From a virus, in the IMG/VR virus record IMGVR_UViG_3300045988_159959: a DNA stretch of 64,000 nt; one strand, given 5' to 3'. The stretch's first letter is position 1. The number at the start of each line of letters is the position of its first letter. A program made the position numbers and the translations under genes. Shown here one piece after another: positions 45,472 through 55,339 of this stretch. The notes below the pieces were generated by a model. That model worked only from the letters and a program-made list of their open reading frames with translations. It was not told where the DNA came from and ran no database searches.

Positions 45472-46422
45472 TTATATAGGAACATTAACTAAATAATCTT
45501 TCTTTGTTACGGTTTTACATTGCAAAGAAAGGAACACCGCATCATCCTCTCTTTTTACGTCCATAAGTTCCACAGAATCCCATCTCGAATCTCTTTGGAA
45601 CATATTCATAACGTTCTTAAAAATAGACGGATATTGAATGGCGTTTACTGTCGTGCCAATAAACTCATTCGCAATACCATAATCCTTAAATTCAGGTATT
45701 GCGCCCTTTTGTGCAGACAAAATGGCATCAAGAGCTTGCCGTATAGCATCATCTCCTACCACTATCTTCAAATCGTCATTTTCAAACACAAAATTAAGGT
45801 CAATATCCCGTCCCAATATATTGTCGCCTACCAATACGTCTACTACCGTGTCAAGATAATTGTTACCGATATTTTTAAGATTGACACAAAAAATGCCTCC
45901 ACCATCAGTAAATGAATAATCAGTTTCTTCTATATATTGAGGAATTGTAATATTCATCCAATCATCTTCCGGGTTTTCACTATTAAGTTGTCTTGCCACA
46001 TCTTCAAACCGCTCTCCCGTTCTCAAATGTTTTTCAAGCTGCAAAGTATTGTTTCTCTCCAAAGAAGAACTGCGGAGCCACCTTGCAGAACTCTTTATAG
46101 TAGAAAGTTTGGTTTGCGTTTCTGTAAAATTATCCAATATCTCCCACATGGAAATATCATCCAAAGTATTCTCATGTAAGATAAATAGAGGTTCAATCGT
46201 TTCGGATTCTCTTACCAGCTCAACCAAACGCAAAAAAGAATCCTTATCAAGCTCACCACCATTACTATAATAGTCAGCGATCAAAGGATAATCATTGGTG
46301 CAAAAATCCACAAACTTCTGAAAGTAGGATTTTATATCATACCCGGTTATTCTGAAAAATTTATCGAACATATCCTCAACCATTGCCCAATAATCCTTTT
46401 GAAAGTGAACTTGCAAACTCAT
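45472..46422 (-). CDS. baseplate wedge protein with a gp25/GpW-like C-terminal domain (316 aa; start uncertain)
   Basis: C-terminal ~100 aa (LSAQKGAIPEFKDYGI...IFKNVMNMFQRDSRWDSVELMDVKREDDAVFLSLQC) resemble gp25-like proteins. It lies immediately upstream of the J-like gene. The 47-nt overlap with the upstream ORF suggests a later ATG may be the real start. Confidence 0.4.
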   Translation of the reverse strand: MSLQVHFQKDYWAMVEDMFDKFFRITGYDIKSYFQKFVDFCTNDYPLIADYYSNGGELDKDSFLRLVELVRESETIEPLFILHENTLDDISMWEILDNFTETQTKLSTIKSSARWLRSSSLERNNTLQLEKHLRTGERFEDVARQLNSENPEDDWMNITIPQYIEETDYSFTDGGGIFCVNLKNIGNNYLDTVVDVLVGDNILGRDIDLNFVFENDDLKIVVGDDAIRQALDAILSAQKGAIPEFKDYGIANEFIGTTVNAIQYPSIFKNVMNMFQRDSRWDSVELMDVKREDDAVFLSLQCKTVTKKDYLVNVPI

Positions 46423-47158
46423 TTATCCCCTTTTGTATAACATTAGAAGAACACATTGATACAAGGGAACTCTTTGCTCCTTTCGTTGCGGAAACAGCCT
46501 CCAAAGGAGCTATAACCGTCATTTCAAGATTATATTCCCATATCATATTTTTAGAAATATTCTGACTGAACGTTACCCCTCTTGGCGGGATAGTAACCAA
46601 ATAGCTTTCTCCTAATGCCATATTATAAAAATACAACTTCATAGGAAAGCCCAATTCATCCACCCCGTTACTTTTGTCTATAATAGACTGCAATATCTTA
46701 ATACAACCATATCCGGTTTTTATACCGGTATTAAAAGAAGGCATTGTAAGTGAACTTGTACTTTTCCCTTGCAATTGGTAAAGATAACGTTTTCCTGCTG
46801 CTATACTGAAAGCCGCACCGGTTAAAGAAACGCTATCGGAACCGGATAAAAGAATCTTGAATGTTCGTCCAAAATTCCCTTTTATGGATATAGATTGCGG
46901 CATAAATACCGGAGAAGTCAAAACAGTAACGCCACCTGCCGTATTAACCACAGTCGTTCTTTTCGGCTCGCTCTTGTCAATACTTTCCGGGCTAATAGGA
47001 AAAGTGAAGACATCAATCGTATTATCCTTAGAATCTGCCAATTCCAAAGAGCACATATACACCTCAAAATCATTCGGGAATTGCGTTGCCATCATGGAAC
47101 GCCCCAAATTTTTAAGCGTCGACTTTGCTGTCTTTACTACTGAATCCAAAACTGCCAC
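46376..47158 (-). CDS. hypothetical baseplate-region protein (260 aa)
   Basis: Track ORF within the baseplate block. Confidence 0.5.
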   Translation of the reverse strand: MAVLDSVVKTAKSTLKNLGRSMMATQFPNDFEVYMCSLELADSKDNTIDVFTFPISPESIDKSEPKRTTVVNTAGGVTVLTSPVFMPQSISIKGNFGRTFKILLSGSDSVSLTGAAFSIAAGKRYLYQLQGKSTSSLTMPSFNTGIKTGYGCIKILQSIIDKSNGVDELGFPMKLYFYNMALGESYLVTIPPRGVTFSQNISKNMIWEYNLEMTVIAPLEAVSATKGAKSSLVSMCSSNVIQKGINEFASSLSKGLLGNG

Positions 47159-47210
47159 GGCTATAAGTGTTTAAATTATTCTCAAAAGTACAAACTTTTT
47201 TCATAACACA

Positions 47211-48215
47211 CTATCCCTGTGTTATTTTTTCGTTCTCATAATCAGAAGCATTAAAAGATTGTGCCGACTGCATAGGGGACGTAACGGGTACTGGAGCTGG
47301 ACTTGGTACGCCTGCCGTTGCTCCGACAAGGAAAGAGCCAGCCGGCACATTGTGGGTATGAGAATTGAAAGTATTCACAAACGCATTCAACTTGCTTGTA
47401 AGATTATCCAATTCAACCAAACCTTTCAGCCCTCCTCCATTGAACTCAATTATATCATTGTTCATTTTGAGTGTAGAAGCTCCTGTTTTCAAATCCAACT
47501 GTTCTTTAGTTATTATACTTTGTACATCATCCCCAATTTTAACCGACACGCCTGTATCGTCTACCTGTAAGGATTGTTCAAGTTCTTCTGTTTTCCAATG
47601 AAAAAAAACCTTTTCCAAATCCATAGAAACACGTCTCTCTTCTTCCTCCGGTTTTTCAGGATTAACAATTTTAGCTTCCATTTGGGTATAACTCTTTACA
47701 GAAATCATTTCACCACCCGTCACATTCACTTTACCGGTAGATTCAATATTCACCTCCGATTCAAAGGAACCGGTTGCTTTCACATTTACAGAAGCCTTTT
47801 CAGGGGAATTGATAGAAACAGAAATTGTATTATCAGTAGGGTCAACCATCAAAGAAGCTGTCACATTCCCTATTGTTTTTCTAAACCGGAAAGTATTCTC
47901 TTTCCACATAGGAGATTGATCGTTTCTGCAATAACTTCCTACTACAATAGGAATACCGTCATACGGATTAGTAGCTATTACCACTGCCGACCCTTGCTCA
48001 TTTTCTTTTGAAGGAAACTCTATATTCGCCAACACTTCGTTTGTGATATATATATCCCTAAAGAAAACACCGCCATTTCCCATAACAGAAACACGCCCGG
48101 TACGAAAGCAAGTCTCTACATACAAATCCCTGTCCACTCCGTTAGGAATGACTATAAACCCAAATGAAATAGGTTCAGAAGAACCGTTTAATTTTCTTAC
48201 CTTTCCCCCTGCCAT
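47211..48215 (-). CDS. putative central spike / baseplate assembly protein V-like (334 aa)
   Basis: Repetitive beta-helix-like segment (SVSINSPEKASVNVKATGSFESEVNIESTGKVNVTGG) and a C-terminal FNSHTHNVPAG (HxH apex-like motif). Confidence 0.4.
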   Translation of the reverse strand: MAGGKVRKLNGSSEPISFGFIVIPNGVDRDLYVETCFRTGRVSVMGNGGVFFRDIYITNEVLANIEFPSKENEQGSAVVIATNPYDGIPIVVGSYCRNDQSPMWKENTFRFRKTIGNVTASLMVDPTDNTISVSINSPEKASVNVKATGSFESEVNIESTGKVNVTGGEMISVKSYTQMEAKIVNPEKPEEEERRVSMDLEKVFFHWKTEELEQSLQVDDTGVSVKIGDDVQSIITKEQLDLKTGASTLKMNNDIIEFNGGGLKGLVELDNLTSKLNAFVNTFNSHTHNVPAGSFLVGATAGVPSPAPVPVTSPMQSAQSFNASDYENEKITQG

Positions 48216-48217
48216 AA

Positions 48218-50380
48218 TTAACTAAACATCTTACGATTCAAAAAATAATCAAACTGATCTTTATCCACTTTAGGCATGACAAGCGTTGTTATTTTATCCG
48301 CTTCTGCTTGCTTTGCTGCATTTCTTATTTCCGTCAAATCAATCAATTTGAAATAATCCGGTTTGACATCTTTACTTTCTTCTCCGGCATTGTCCTGCCG
48401 GTTCTTCACGTTCGAGAAAGAGTTAGAAAGAATCGGCATATACATACCTCTTTCTACTTGTAAAATCGTTTGTCTTTGCAAGTTGCCATCCAAGAACGAA
48501 ACATTGTTTACAACCGAGGAAACATAAAAGAACTCATTTGTCGGCTCAAAATAAATAAACGTCCCAACCTTTATTCTTCTATCCCCATTGATCGTAATAG
48601 TCCCTGTCCTTGTAAACGGCAAATAAGCTGTTGATTCCATAATGTAAATCAAATCGTTTGTTGCAGCCGCCTGAAAATTTGCAAGAGATCGGGTTGCCTC
48701 TGTACCTTCCAAATCCTTGTAATTCAAATATTGATCCGTAAAGGACATTTTCTTGTTACCAAAAACTTCCGCATACTCATTCAAATATACAATAGGAACA
48801 AAGGCAAGACTTGTTGTATTTGTCTGCCCGGCATGATTGCTCATAACTTTTAGCTGATACCACGAATAACTTCTTGTATCATAAGACAAATCATACCCGT
48901 GCATATTTTCAGACTTAACTGTAATGTATTGCCCATTCTTATACGCACCCAAAATAGCATCCTTGTTGAATGGTGGCTGTCTTACCACAAGGTCTATTGT
49001 ATTGACATAAGTATCAAAATAAAACTCAACCAAAGGGAATTGACAAACCCTATTCATATACTCCAAAAGTGTACCGTTCGGATTGGCAATAGAAGAATCT
49101 ATGAGCACCCTTTTTTCAAGGACATCTTCCACAAACACTTTAAATATTTGCCAAATTCCGTTTACAGATTGTTTTTCGTCTACGCCTATATCGTAACTTT
49201 CCGTTCTTTTATCTTGCCATGAATCAAACACACTATTCTTTGTTATACCTATGTTTGACATCACATTCACAATAAACCAAATACATTCCCGAATAGGCTT
49301 CATTTGATACGACCACAAAAGATTGGAGAATGCACCGGTAAGAACATTTCTTTTAAACCAAATACTGTCTTCGCTCATCTCATACCAATGAGAAAATGTA
49401 TCAGTTGCATTCAGCAAAGGGATAAAATAACAGCCATCATCTGAAAACAGTTTGTTTATATCTCGTCCTTCTATTGTAATGGATTTTACGTTTCCTTGTG
49501 CTTCGTAAGATGTGGTGCAAGTATCTACAAACCCTATCATATCCCAAATATTGTCCTTAGCTACTTTAGAAACAGGAATTTCCAAATCGACACGTTTGCC
49601 AAAATCCACATCTCCTTTATTGTTTTCTTTTTGTAAACGTTCAAACCGTATAAAGACAATATCGTTGTTTTGTATAAATTTCTCTTGGAAGGACTTGACT
49701 TGCGCACCGGTATTAGAAACTGTATTAAATTGTTCCAAAACAGAATCCCCAAACTTAAATGAGCTTCCATTAAAATAAAAAGGTGCTAACAAAATGCTAA
49801 ACTCTCCTGTTTGTTTAGATTTAGTTGTAACCGTCTGCAACACATAAGGAGATAGGTCGATCACTTTGTCAATTGATTTTATGTACATCCATACCCGGAT
49901 GTTCATAGATATTATTTTGGCATTTATCCCGGTTCCTTCCAATGCAGAAGTTACATTTGTATCAGGCAAATATTCAGAATCACTTATCAGTTCTTCATAG
50001 TTATCTCCCCAATATGCTTTAAAACTTCCCTGTGAAACAAACTGCCCTTCTTTTGCAGCTTTCACAAGAGAAATAGGTGTATCTCCTTTAGGACACCACA
50101 AAACCGTCCCCTGCTTTATATAAGGCAATGTGCCGGAATCATAGTCACTTTTGTATTTGACTTGTTCTTCCTTATCATACGTTCCCCAAATAATATCCAA
50201 ATTTGTGATACCCTTACCGTTTTCCACCTTCATCAATTCAGAGGGTGTAAATTTCTTTTTCCCAGACGGAAGAATTTTTTGCCAATAATTTATAAAGTCC
50301 TCCGGTTTTGCTTGTTGATAGCTTTCCAAAGGATAAATAGGTGGATTCTTTAATTCTTTGTTTTTTTCTTCTGTTGCCAT
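48218..50380 (-). CDS. hypothetical large tail/baseplate hub-region protein (720 aa)
   Basis: Track ORF directly downstream of the tape measure gene (3-nt gap). Confidence 0.55.
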   Translation of the reverse strand: MATEEKNKELKNPPIYPLESYQQAKPEDFINYWQKILPSGKKKFTPSELMKVENGKGITNLDIIWGTYDKEEQVKYKSDYDSGTLPYIKQGTVLWCPKGDTPISLVKAAKEGQFVSQGSFKAYWGDNYEELISDSEYLPDTNVTSALEGTGINAKIISMNIRVWMYIKSIDKVIDLSPYVLQTVTTKSKQTGEFSILLAPFYFNGSSFKFGDSVLEQFNTVSNTGAQVKSFQEKFIQNNDIVFIRFERLQKENNKGDVDFGKRVDLEIPVSKVAKDNIWDMIGFVDTCTTSYEAQGNVKSITIEGRDINKLFSDDGCYFIPLLNATDTFSHWYEMSEDSIWFKRNVLTGAFSNLLWSYQMKPIRECIWFIVNVMSNIGITKNSVFDSWQDKRTESYDIGVDEKQSVNGIWQIFKVFVEDVLEKRVLIDSSIANPNGTLLEYMNRVCQFPLVEFYFDTYVNTIDLVVRQPPFNKDAILGAYKNGQYITVKSENMHGYDLSYDTRSYSWYQLKVMSNHAGQTNTTSLAFVPIVYLNEYAEVFGNKKMSFTDQYLNYKDLEGTEATRSLANFQAAATNDLIYIMESTAYLPFTRTGTITINGDRRIKVGTFIYFEPTNEFFYVSSVVNNVSFLDGNLQRQTILQVERGMYMPILSNSFSNVKNRQDNAGEESKDVKPDYFKLIDLTEIRNAAKQAEADKITTLVMPKVDKDQFDYFLNRKMFS

Positions 50381-50383
50381 ATT

Positions 50384-52495
50384 TTATTCCTCCGCCGATC
50401 TACCACTAAAATATTGATATGCTTGCACTAAACCTTTCCAAATAAGGAATGGATTGCCAGAAGTAGAATAAGTTTGTCTCAATACATCTTGATTCTCCCC
50501 TTTCATAGGATTCATAAGAGAATCTACTATAGTGTCTCGAACTGATTTAGCTATTTCTTCTTTCGGTTGATTCAATTTATTGTACAAAGCGTTTAGAGCA
50601 TTCAAAATTTTACCCAATCTATCTATATTTGTTTCTCCTATACCAATCATCCTGTTCTCATAAGCCGACATCATTCTTTCACCGGCTGTAACAGTTCTTT
50701 CGGCAGCAGTAGGTTCATATCTATTTGTCGGGTCATTCTGTGCTTGGAGTGCCTGACTTGATTCTTTGACCATCTCAAATGTTTTCTCGTAATCCAGCGT
50801 TCCCGTTTCCGTAAGCGCATTAATGTCCGTATAGGTCAATTTCGTAAAAGCACCTCTCATCAAATGACGAAGTGTTTCCAGACTTCCGCCCGCCATTTGC
50901 GTTAAAGCATCGAGAAAACGCTTCATTACGTTTTCATCGCCTTTCCCTTTTGTCAAATCATCCAAAGCAGCAAGAATTTCAGAAGGAGTTGTCGAACCGG
51001 TAGCTTGCTGGGCTGCCCTAAACAAAAGTGTCTGCGTCACCTCGTCTTGTGAAATTCCTTGTCCCATAAAAGATTCCTGTACCCGTTCAAGTTGTCTACC
51101 TTCCATTCCTGTTTGCAGACGAACGGCACGCATGATAGCAGCTATGTTTGCCGCATCTATCTCACCTGTTCGAGAAAGGATATCATCAGCAGACCGAACA
51201 AAAGTAGTCATACTTTCATCCATAGTAGAAGCAATTTCACTAAGCGGAATTTGAAGTTGCTTCATAGTTTGTTCAAAAGACCGGATAATAGCAGATGAAG
51301 AAGCTGTTTGTCCTTCTTCTGTACGAGCGAAACGCATTGCTCCTTGCATTCCCATTACCGACTGATCGCTAAGCCCGTATAAACGCTGTACAGCCATCAA
51401 ACTTTGTGTTTCCGGTACAGGTGCTACAGTTGCTTCTTTTCCGCCGGCGGCACGAATAAGTTCAGCACGTCTTTGAATGTATTCACCTACATTCATTCCC
51501 AAAGCAGAAGAAGCGTAGCTACCCTCTCTGAAAGCCGTAGCCATAGATTGTCCGGCAGTTGTTCCCATTGTTTGAGAATAGGCTATAGTTCTTTTTTGAG
51601 CTTCCATAGCTTTTTCTACAGAAGTCGTAAAAATACCAGCAACCACATTTGCAATAGCCGTTGTAACTCCGCCTAAAAATCCTCCTACACCGGGGATTAA
51701 AGAAAGCCCTTCCCCTAAAATTCCGCCTAAAGAAGAAATAATCCCGCCACCCATAGCAGCCGGACTTTGGAAAGTGGCTCCTACGCCGGAAATAACCCTT
51801 GTTGCGATATTGGTAGCAGTGCTTCTATCGCTGCCTCTTTCCACATTTTCTTGTCTTTCCCTTGTAATAGTAGTTGGCTCTCTGTCTACCGGTGTCGGGG
51901 TGGGAACCGGAATAGGTTGTATTCCTGAACCTCCGCCAGATGTACCCCTTCCGTTGTACAAAGTTTCATCTATAGAAAAAATACCTTCCTGTATGGCTTC
52001 TAAAGCTCTTGTGCCGGCTTGTACTTGTTGAAGTATTTGTCCGGCTATACCGGAAATATCGCCATTCCCAGAAGCGATCGCCTCCACCACAGAAGCAAAA
52101 CCTTCTTTATTGATACCCAAAAGTGCATTCAAATCTATAGCCCTTGCACCACCGGTTTGATAAACGTCAAGTTGTCCTCTAAGACTATCTATTTCGTCTT
52201 GCTTCGTTCTTCTCTTTCTTCGAGTAGGAGTTGGTTGTTCTGTTTCTCCTTCTTCCGGTTGTGGGGTTGGTTGAGTGGGACGAACAGGAGAAACAGGTTG
52301 CCTTCCTCTTTCGGAATTTTGTCGTCCCAAAAGATTCAATTGTTCCCTAAGCTGATTGATAGCATCATTTTGCTGACGAAGAATATTGTCGTTGTTTTCA
52401 ACGATCCTTCGCTGAATACTTTCCATTTCCCCACCTATAGCCCTAAGTTGAGAAGTGTCTACCGAAACTCTAAGCCTTTTCTCCGCGTTCGCCAT
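50384..52495 (-). CDS. tail tape measure protein (703 aa)
   Basis: Position after the tube and chaperone-like ORFs; helical, coiled-coil-rich; Gly-rich hydrophobic segment GGIISSLGGILGEGLSLIPGVGGFLGGVTTAIANVVAGIF. Confidence 0.6.
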   Translation of the reverse strand: MANAEKRLRVSVDTSQLRAIGGEMESIQRRIVENNDNILRQQNDAINQLREQLNLLGRQNSERGRQPVSPVRPTQPTPQPEEGETEQPTPTRRKRRTKQDEIDSLRGQLDVYQTGGARAIDLNALLGINKEGFASVVEAIASGNGDISGIAGQILQQVQAGTRALEAIQEGIFSIDETLYNGRGTSGGGSGIQPIPVPTPTPVDREPTTITRERQENVERGSDRSTATNIATRVISGVGATFQSPAAMGGGIISSLGGILGEGLSLIPGVGGFLGGVTTAIANVVAGIFTTSVEKAMEAQKRTIAYSQTMGTTAGQSMATAFREGSYASSALGMNVGEYIQRRAELIRAAGGKEATVAPVPETQSLMAVQRLYGLSDQSVMGMQGAMRFARTEEGQTASSSAIIRSFEQTMKQLQIPLSEIASTMDESMTTFVRSADDILSRTGEIDAANIAAIMRAVRLQTGMEGRQLERVQESFMGQGISQDEVTQTLLFRAAQQATGSTTPSEILAALDDLTKGKGDENVMKRFLDALTQMAGGSLETLRHLMRGAFTKLTYTDINALTETGTLDYEKTFEMVKESSQALQAQNDPTNRYEPTAAERTVTAGERMMSAYENRMIGIGETNIDRLGKILNALNALYNKLNQPKEEIAKSVRDTIVDSLMNPMKGENQDVLRQTYSTSGNPFLIWKGLVQAYQYFSGRSAEE

Positions 52496-52829
52496 TTTCC
52501 TTTATCTCTTTTGCTTTCTGTTCAAACTCGATCATCTTAAACATCTGATCTTCATAGAAAGCAGTATCTTGTTCCGAAATTCCACCTTCCGGTGCTTTTA
52601 GCCAATCTCCAATATTAGGAATATATTCTTGTTTTTCTTTTTCTTCTTTTTCCTGTTGCAGTTCATAAAAAACTTTGTCTTCTTCAAATTCCATAAGTTC
52701 TGCAAAAAAATCACATTTCTTATGTTCTTCTGAAAGAAACGGGATTTTATGCTTGTTCCTATACCACCTATCAATAGGAAACATATTATCCCATCTTATG
52801 ACAAAGTTTTTATATTCTTCTCGGTTCAT
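52470..52829 (-). CDS. hypothetical protein (119 aa), tail-assembly-chaperone position
   Basis: Track ORF with a TGATG stop/start overlap with the upstream ORF and a 26-nt overlap with the tape measure gene. Confidence 0.4.
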   Translation of the reverse strand: MNREEYKNFVIRWDNMFPIDRWYRNKHKIPFLSEEHKKCDFFAELMEFEEDKVFYELQQEKEEKEKQEYIPNIGDWLKAPEGGISEQDTAFYEDQMFKMIEFEQKAKEIKENGERGEKA

Positions 52830-53167
52830 CAGTCTACAGATGAAAGGATTTTTTCGGCTTCCTTCAAGAACGGGAATACGTCTTGCATATAAATATCACA
52901 AATTTCTTTGTAATCTTTCAATCCCAGTTCAGAGAAACTTTTTACTTTCAAATCAGACATTAGTTGCGGACATAAAACAGAAATAGCAGCTTCCACATCT
53001 ATCATATCTAAAGCACGCTGTGCTGAAATAGTTGGGTTGCCAATCATGGAATTATAACTTCCTTTACCAAGTCTCTGTTTGTTTACCTCAATTTGGTAAT
53101 ACTGTCCAACGTTCGGGAAACTGATCTCATACTTTCTTCCTTTCACTGTAATCTCTTTGACATCCAT
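52829..53167 (-). CDS. hypothetical protein (112 aa), tail-assembly-chaperone position
   Basis: Track ORF upstream of the tape measure gene. No slippery heptamer recognised. Confidence 0.4.
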   Translation of the reverse strand: MDVKEITVKGRKYEISFPNVGQYYQIEVNKQRLGKGSYNSMIGNPTISAQRALDMIDVEAAISVLCPQLMSDLKVKSFSELGLKDYKEICDIYMQDVFPFLKEAEKILSSVD

Positions 53168-53221
53168 ACTATATGATTTTTAATTGATTGATACGCACAA
53201 ATATACATATAAAACAGAGAA

Positions 53222-53243
53222 AAGCGGAATTTTCATTCCGCTT
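53222..53243 (-). terminator. hairpin terminator after the accessory gene pair
   Basis: AAGCGGAAT-TTTC-ATTCCGCTT (9-bp perfect stem). On the minus strand it is followed by TTCTCTGTTTTAT. Confidence 0.55.
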
Positions 53244-53253
53244 TCTGAAAAAA

Positions 53254-54213
53254 TTACTCATCCCCTTTCTCTTTATTTGATTCAAAAGAAGTCCTTATGA
53301 TTTTGCTCATAGAAGAATCAAATTCATCACAAATTTCTTCTTTTGAATTTTCTTCAAATTCTGTCTGTAACTGAATAGGAGGTGTTTTGTATTTCAATTG
53401 GAACAGATCGTCAAATTGTTCTTTCGTTTGAGAAACAGACATCAATGTTGTAACTTCTATGATCTGCTTCTTCAAATGTTCTCTCCCTATTTCTGGCGTC
53501 AAAGATTGATGCCACTTATATTTCCAATTCCCCTTTGAAGTTTTGCCCGTTTTTTCTTTTATTCTATCTACAACACCCTGCGGAAGTAATTCATAAATAT
53601 ATTTATTTGTTAGTTTTCCAATAAAAGAAGGCTTGTTTCTAATATATTTAGGAATAAATGGCAACCCCCACAAACGATATATATTTTTATAAAAATCATC
53701 TGTAAAAGTAAGCTGCCATTTCAATATTTCGTCCGATATATAAGCATTGAGAATTTTTTGAAGTTCAAATCTCTCTCTGTCATATTGATAACCTGTTGCT
53801 TCATCTACCAAAGATATAATTCCAACCTTGGCAAAAGACCGAACCAAAATTTCACATTGATCCGCTATTATCTTTTGTCTGTTACTCAATTCAATACACT
53901 TTCTCGCTTCAAGCATCCCATCGCAAATATCCACCAACACAGTAGCTTCGTATCCATTGATTTTTTGTCCGCCATCATAGCATTCTAAAGGTTCAAAGTG
54001 TGCCGGGTCTAAATCTTTAAAAATAAAAGGTTTAAGTGTTGAGTTATTTAAAAAAACAGGGATTTTTGTGCCGGTGTTTTTATTCTCTACTATTTTTAAA
54101 ATTCCCTGCATTCCCCTCCCAGATAGCACTCTTGTTCCGTTTTCCAGCACATAGCAAGGGATTGAAAAATCGCCTAATTTCAATTCTCCTTTACACTCAA
54201 TCTTATTGATCAT
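53254..54213 (-). CDS. P63C-domain protein (319 aa)
   Basis: GYEATVLVDICDGMLEARK...ILVRSFAKVGIISLVDEATGYQYDRERFELQKIL...FYKNIYRLWGLPF...KWHQSLTPEIGREHLKKQI matches my recollection of the P63C family. Confidence 0.55.
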   Translation of the reverse strand: MINKIECKGELKLGDFSIPCYVLENGTRVLSGRGMQGILKIVENKNTGTKIPVFLNNSTLKPFIFKDLDPAHFEPLECYDGGQKINGYEATVLVDICDGMLEARKCIELSNRQKIIADQCEILVRSFAKVGIISLVDEATGYQYDRERFELQKILNAYISDEILKWQLTFTDDFYKNIYRLWGLPFIPKYIRNKPSFIGKLTNKYIYELLPQGVVDRIKEKTGKTSKGNWKYKWHQSLTPEIGREHLKKQIIEVTTLMSVSQTKEQFDDLFQLKYKTPPIQLQTEFEENSKEEICDEFDSSMSKIIRTSFESNKEKGDE

Positions 54214-54214
54214 A

Positions 54215-54592
54215 TCATTTACAATTTGAATTAGTTAAACAAAATTTTATTCGTCTCATCATCTCCCAAGCTGTTTTTTGAGTTACTTCCAATTTTCTGC
54301 CCATTTCAACAGAATTTATTGTATCATCATACAAAACCAGCCATAAAGCCTTAAACCACTTTATAAGTGGAATTGATGTCTTAAAAAAGATAGTTTTCGT
54401 TTTTACATCAAAAGCCTTATTTGTATCACAACAAATATACTCATTGCCACGAAGCCTAACTTTAGATTCTCTACTATAAGGAGAAATAGGATAAGAATCT
54501 TCCCATCTAAGGGCTTCCAAAAATCTTATACAACTTTCTTCTGTAGGGAAAGCAGCATCAAGATCATCTAAACTTTTAAATCTACTACTCAT
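54215..54592 (-). CDS. IS1595-type transposase N-terminal (zinc-ribbon/HTH) domain-only protein, no DDE domain
   Basis: FPTEESCIRFLEALRW...ICCDTNKAFDVKTKTIFFKTSIPLIKWFKALWLV...NSVEMGRKLEVTQKTAWEMMRRI follows the IS1595 N-terminal pattern, but the CPxCG pair is replaced (ISPYS). I chose the start at ATG 54590-54592; the track start at 54622 is a TTG. Confidence 0.5.
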   Translation of the reverse strand: MSSRFKSLDDLDAAFPTEESCIRFLEALRWEDSYPISPYSRESKVRLRGNEYICCDTNKAFDVKTKTIFFKTSIPLIKWFKALWLVLYDDTINSVEMGRKLEVTQKTAWEMMRRIKFCLTNSNCK

Positions 54593-54619
54593 AACAAATT
54601 GAATTTTTAATACACGCCA

Positions 54620-54650
54620 CAAAGATAGTAAAAATTATAATCCAAACAAA
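54620..54650 (-). promoter_or_regulatory. consensus Bacteroidota sigma-A-type promoter for the accessory pair
   Basis: The minus strand reads TTTG (54650-54647), a 19-nt spacer, then TATCTTTG (54627-54620). This is the -33 TTTG / -7 TAnnTTTG arrangement, 28 nt upstream of the ATG at 54592. Confidence 0.5.
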
Positions 54651-54677
54651 TATAATAATAATAATTTCTAAAAACAA

Positions 54678-54699
54678 AAGGTGGACAAACGTCCACCTT
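54678..54699 (-). terminator. rho-independent terminator after the tail tube gene
   Basis: AAGGTGGAC-AAAC-GTCCACCTT (9-bp perfect stem). On the minus strand it is followed by TTGTTTTTAG. Confidence 0.6.
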
Positions 54700-54835
54700 C
54701 CTTTATTATGAATAATAAGATTGAATGTAATTGCTTCACAGCAACGAAGCAAATATAGCAACTTATTTTATTCTTACAAAATCAATCCATAACCTTTATA
54801 TTAACAAATTTTACAACTTATCTTGTTAAATGTAG

Positions 54836-55318
54836 TTAATATTCAGCAGTTACAATCGGATTAAGATAACGTATGTTAACATTAAAACTTGAAACGGATT
54901 GCTCCTGCAACTGCCAATTCTGATTCTCAATGAAACAAGGTGTCAAAAGAGCAATTGTCTGTCCTGTCGGATCAACACTTGTTACCATCTTACGAGCATC
55001 ATCAAAGTTCTGTACCAATTTCTTATAGATCATGATAGAGAACCCTTGTTCTGCAAATGTAAGAGTGTCCAAAACCTCCTGCAAAGTCCCCAGACGGTGA
55101 ATCATCGCTTCCACTACCGGAGCCTTGAAAGACAAAAAGAACTGATCTACCGTTGCTGAACATCTATAAGAAACCGGCGGAATTTCCTGAATAGGCAAAC
55201 TACCCAATCCCTGTACATCCACACGGTTAATTTGTTCCTGTACGGTTATATTTCTAACAAAACCGGCTGTTTCGTTGCCGATCTTGATATATGCCATAGG
55301 TGCACTGAATGTCTGCAT
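54836..55318 (-). CDS. tail tube protein (160 aa)
   Basis: Immediately downstream of the sheath gene; size and beta-rich composition are typical. The call rests on position. Confidence 0.5.
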   Translation of the reverse strand: MQTFSAPMAYIKIGNETAGFVRNITVQEQINRVDVQGLGSLPIQEIPPVSYRCSATVDQFFLSFKAPVVEAMIHRLGTLQEVLDTLTFAEQGFSIMIYKKLVQNFDDARKMVTSVDPTGQTIALLTPCFIENQNWQLQEQSVSSFNVNIRYLNPIVTAEY

Positions 55319-55339
55319 AATATCTATGTTTTAGAATTA

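Noticed and set aside
52470-53167. Programmed -1 frameshift (G/GT-type) between the two chaperone-position ORFs
   Set aside because: The ORFs meet at a TGATG stop/start overlap, and I found no slippery heptamer near the junction. Simple translational coupling is sufficient.
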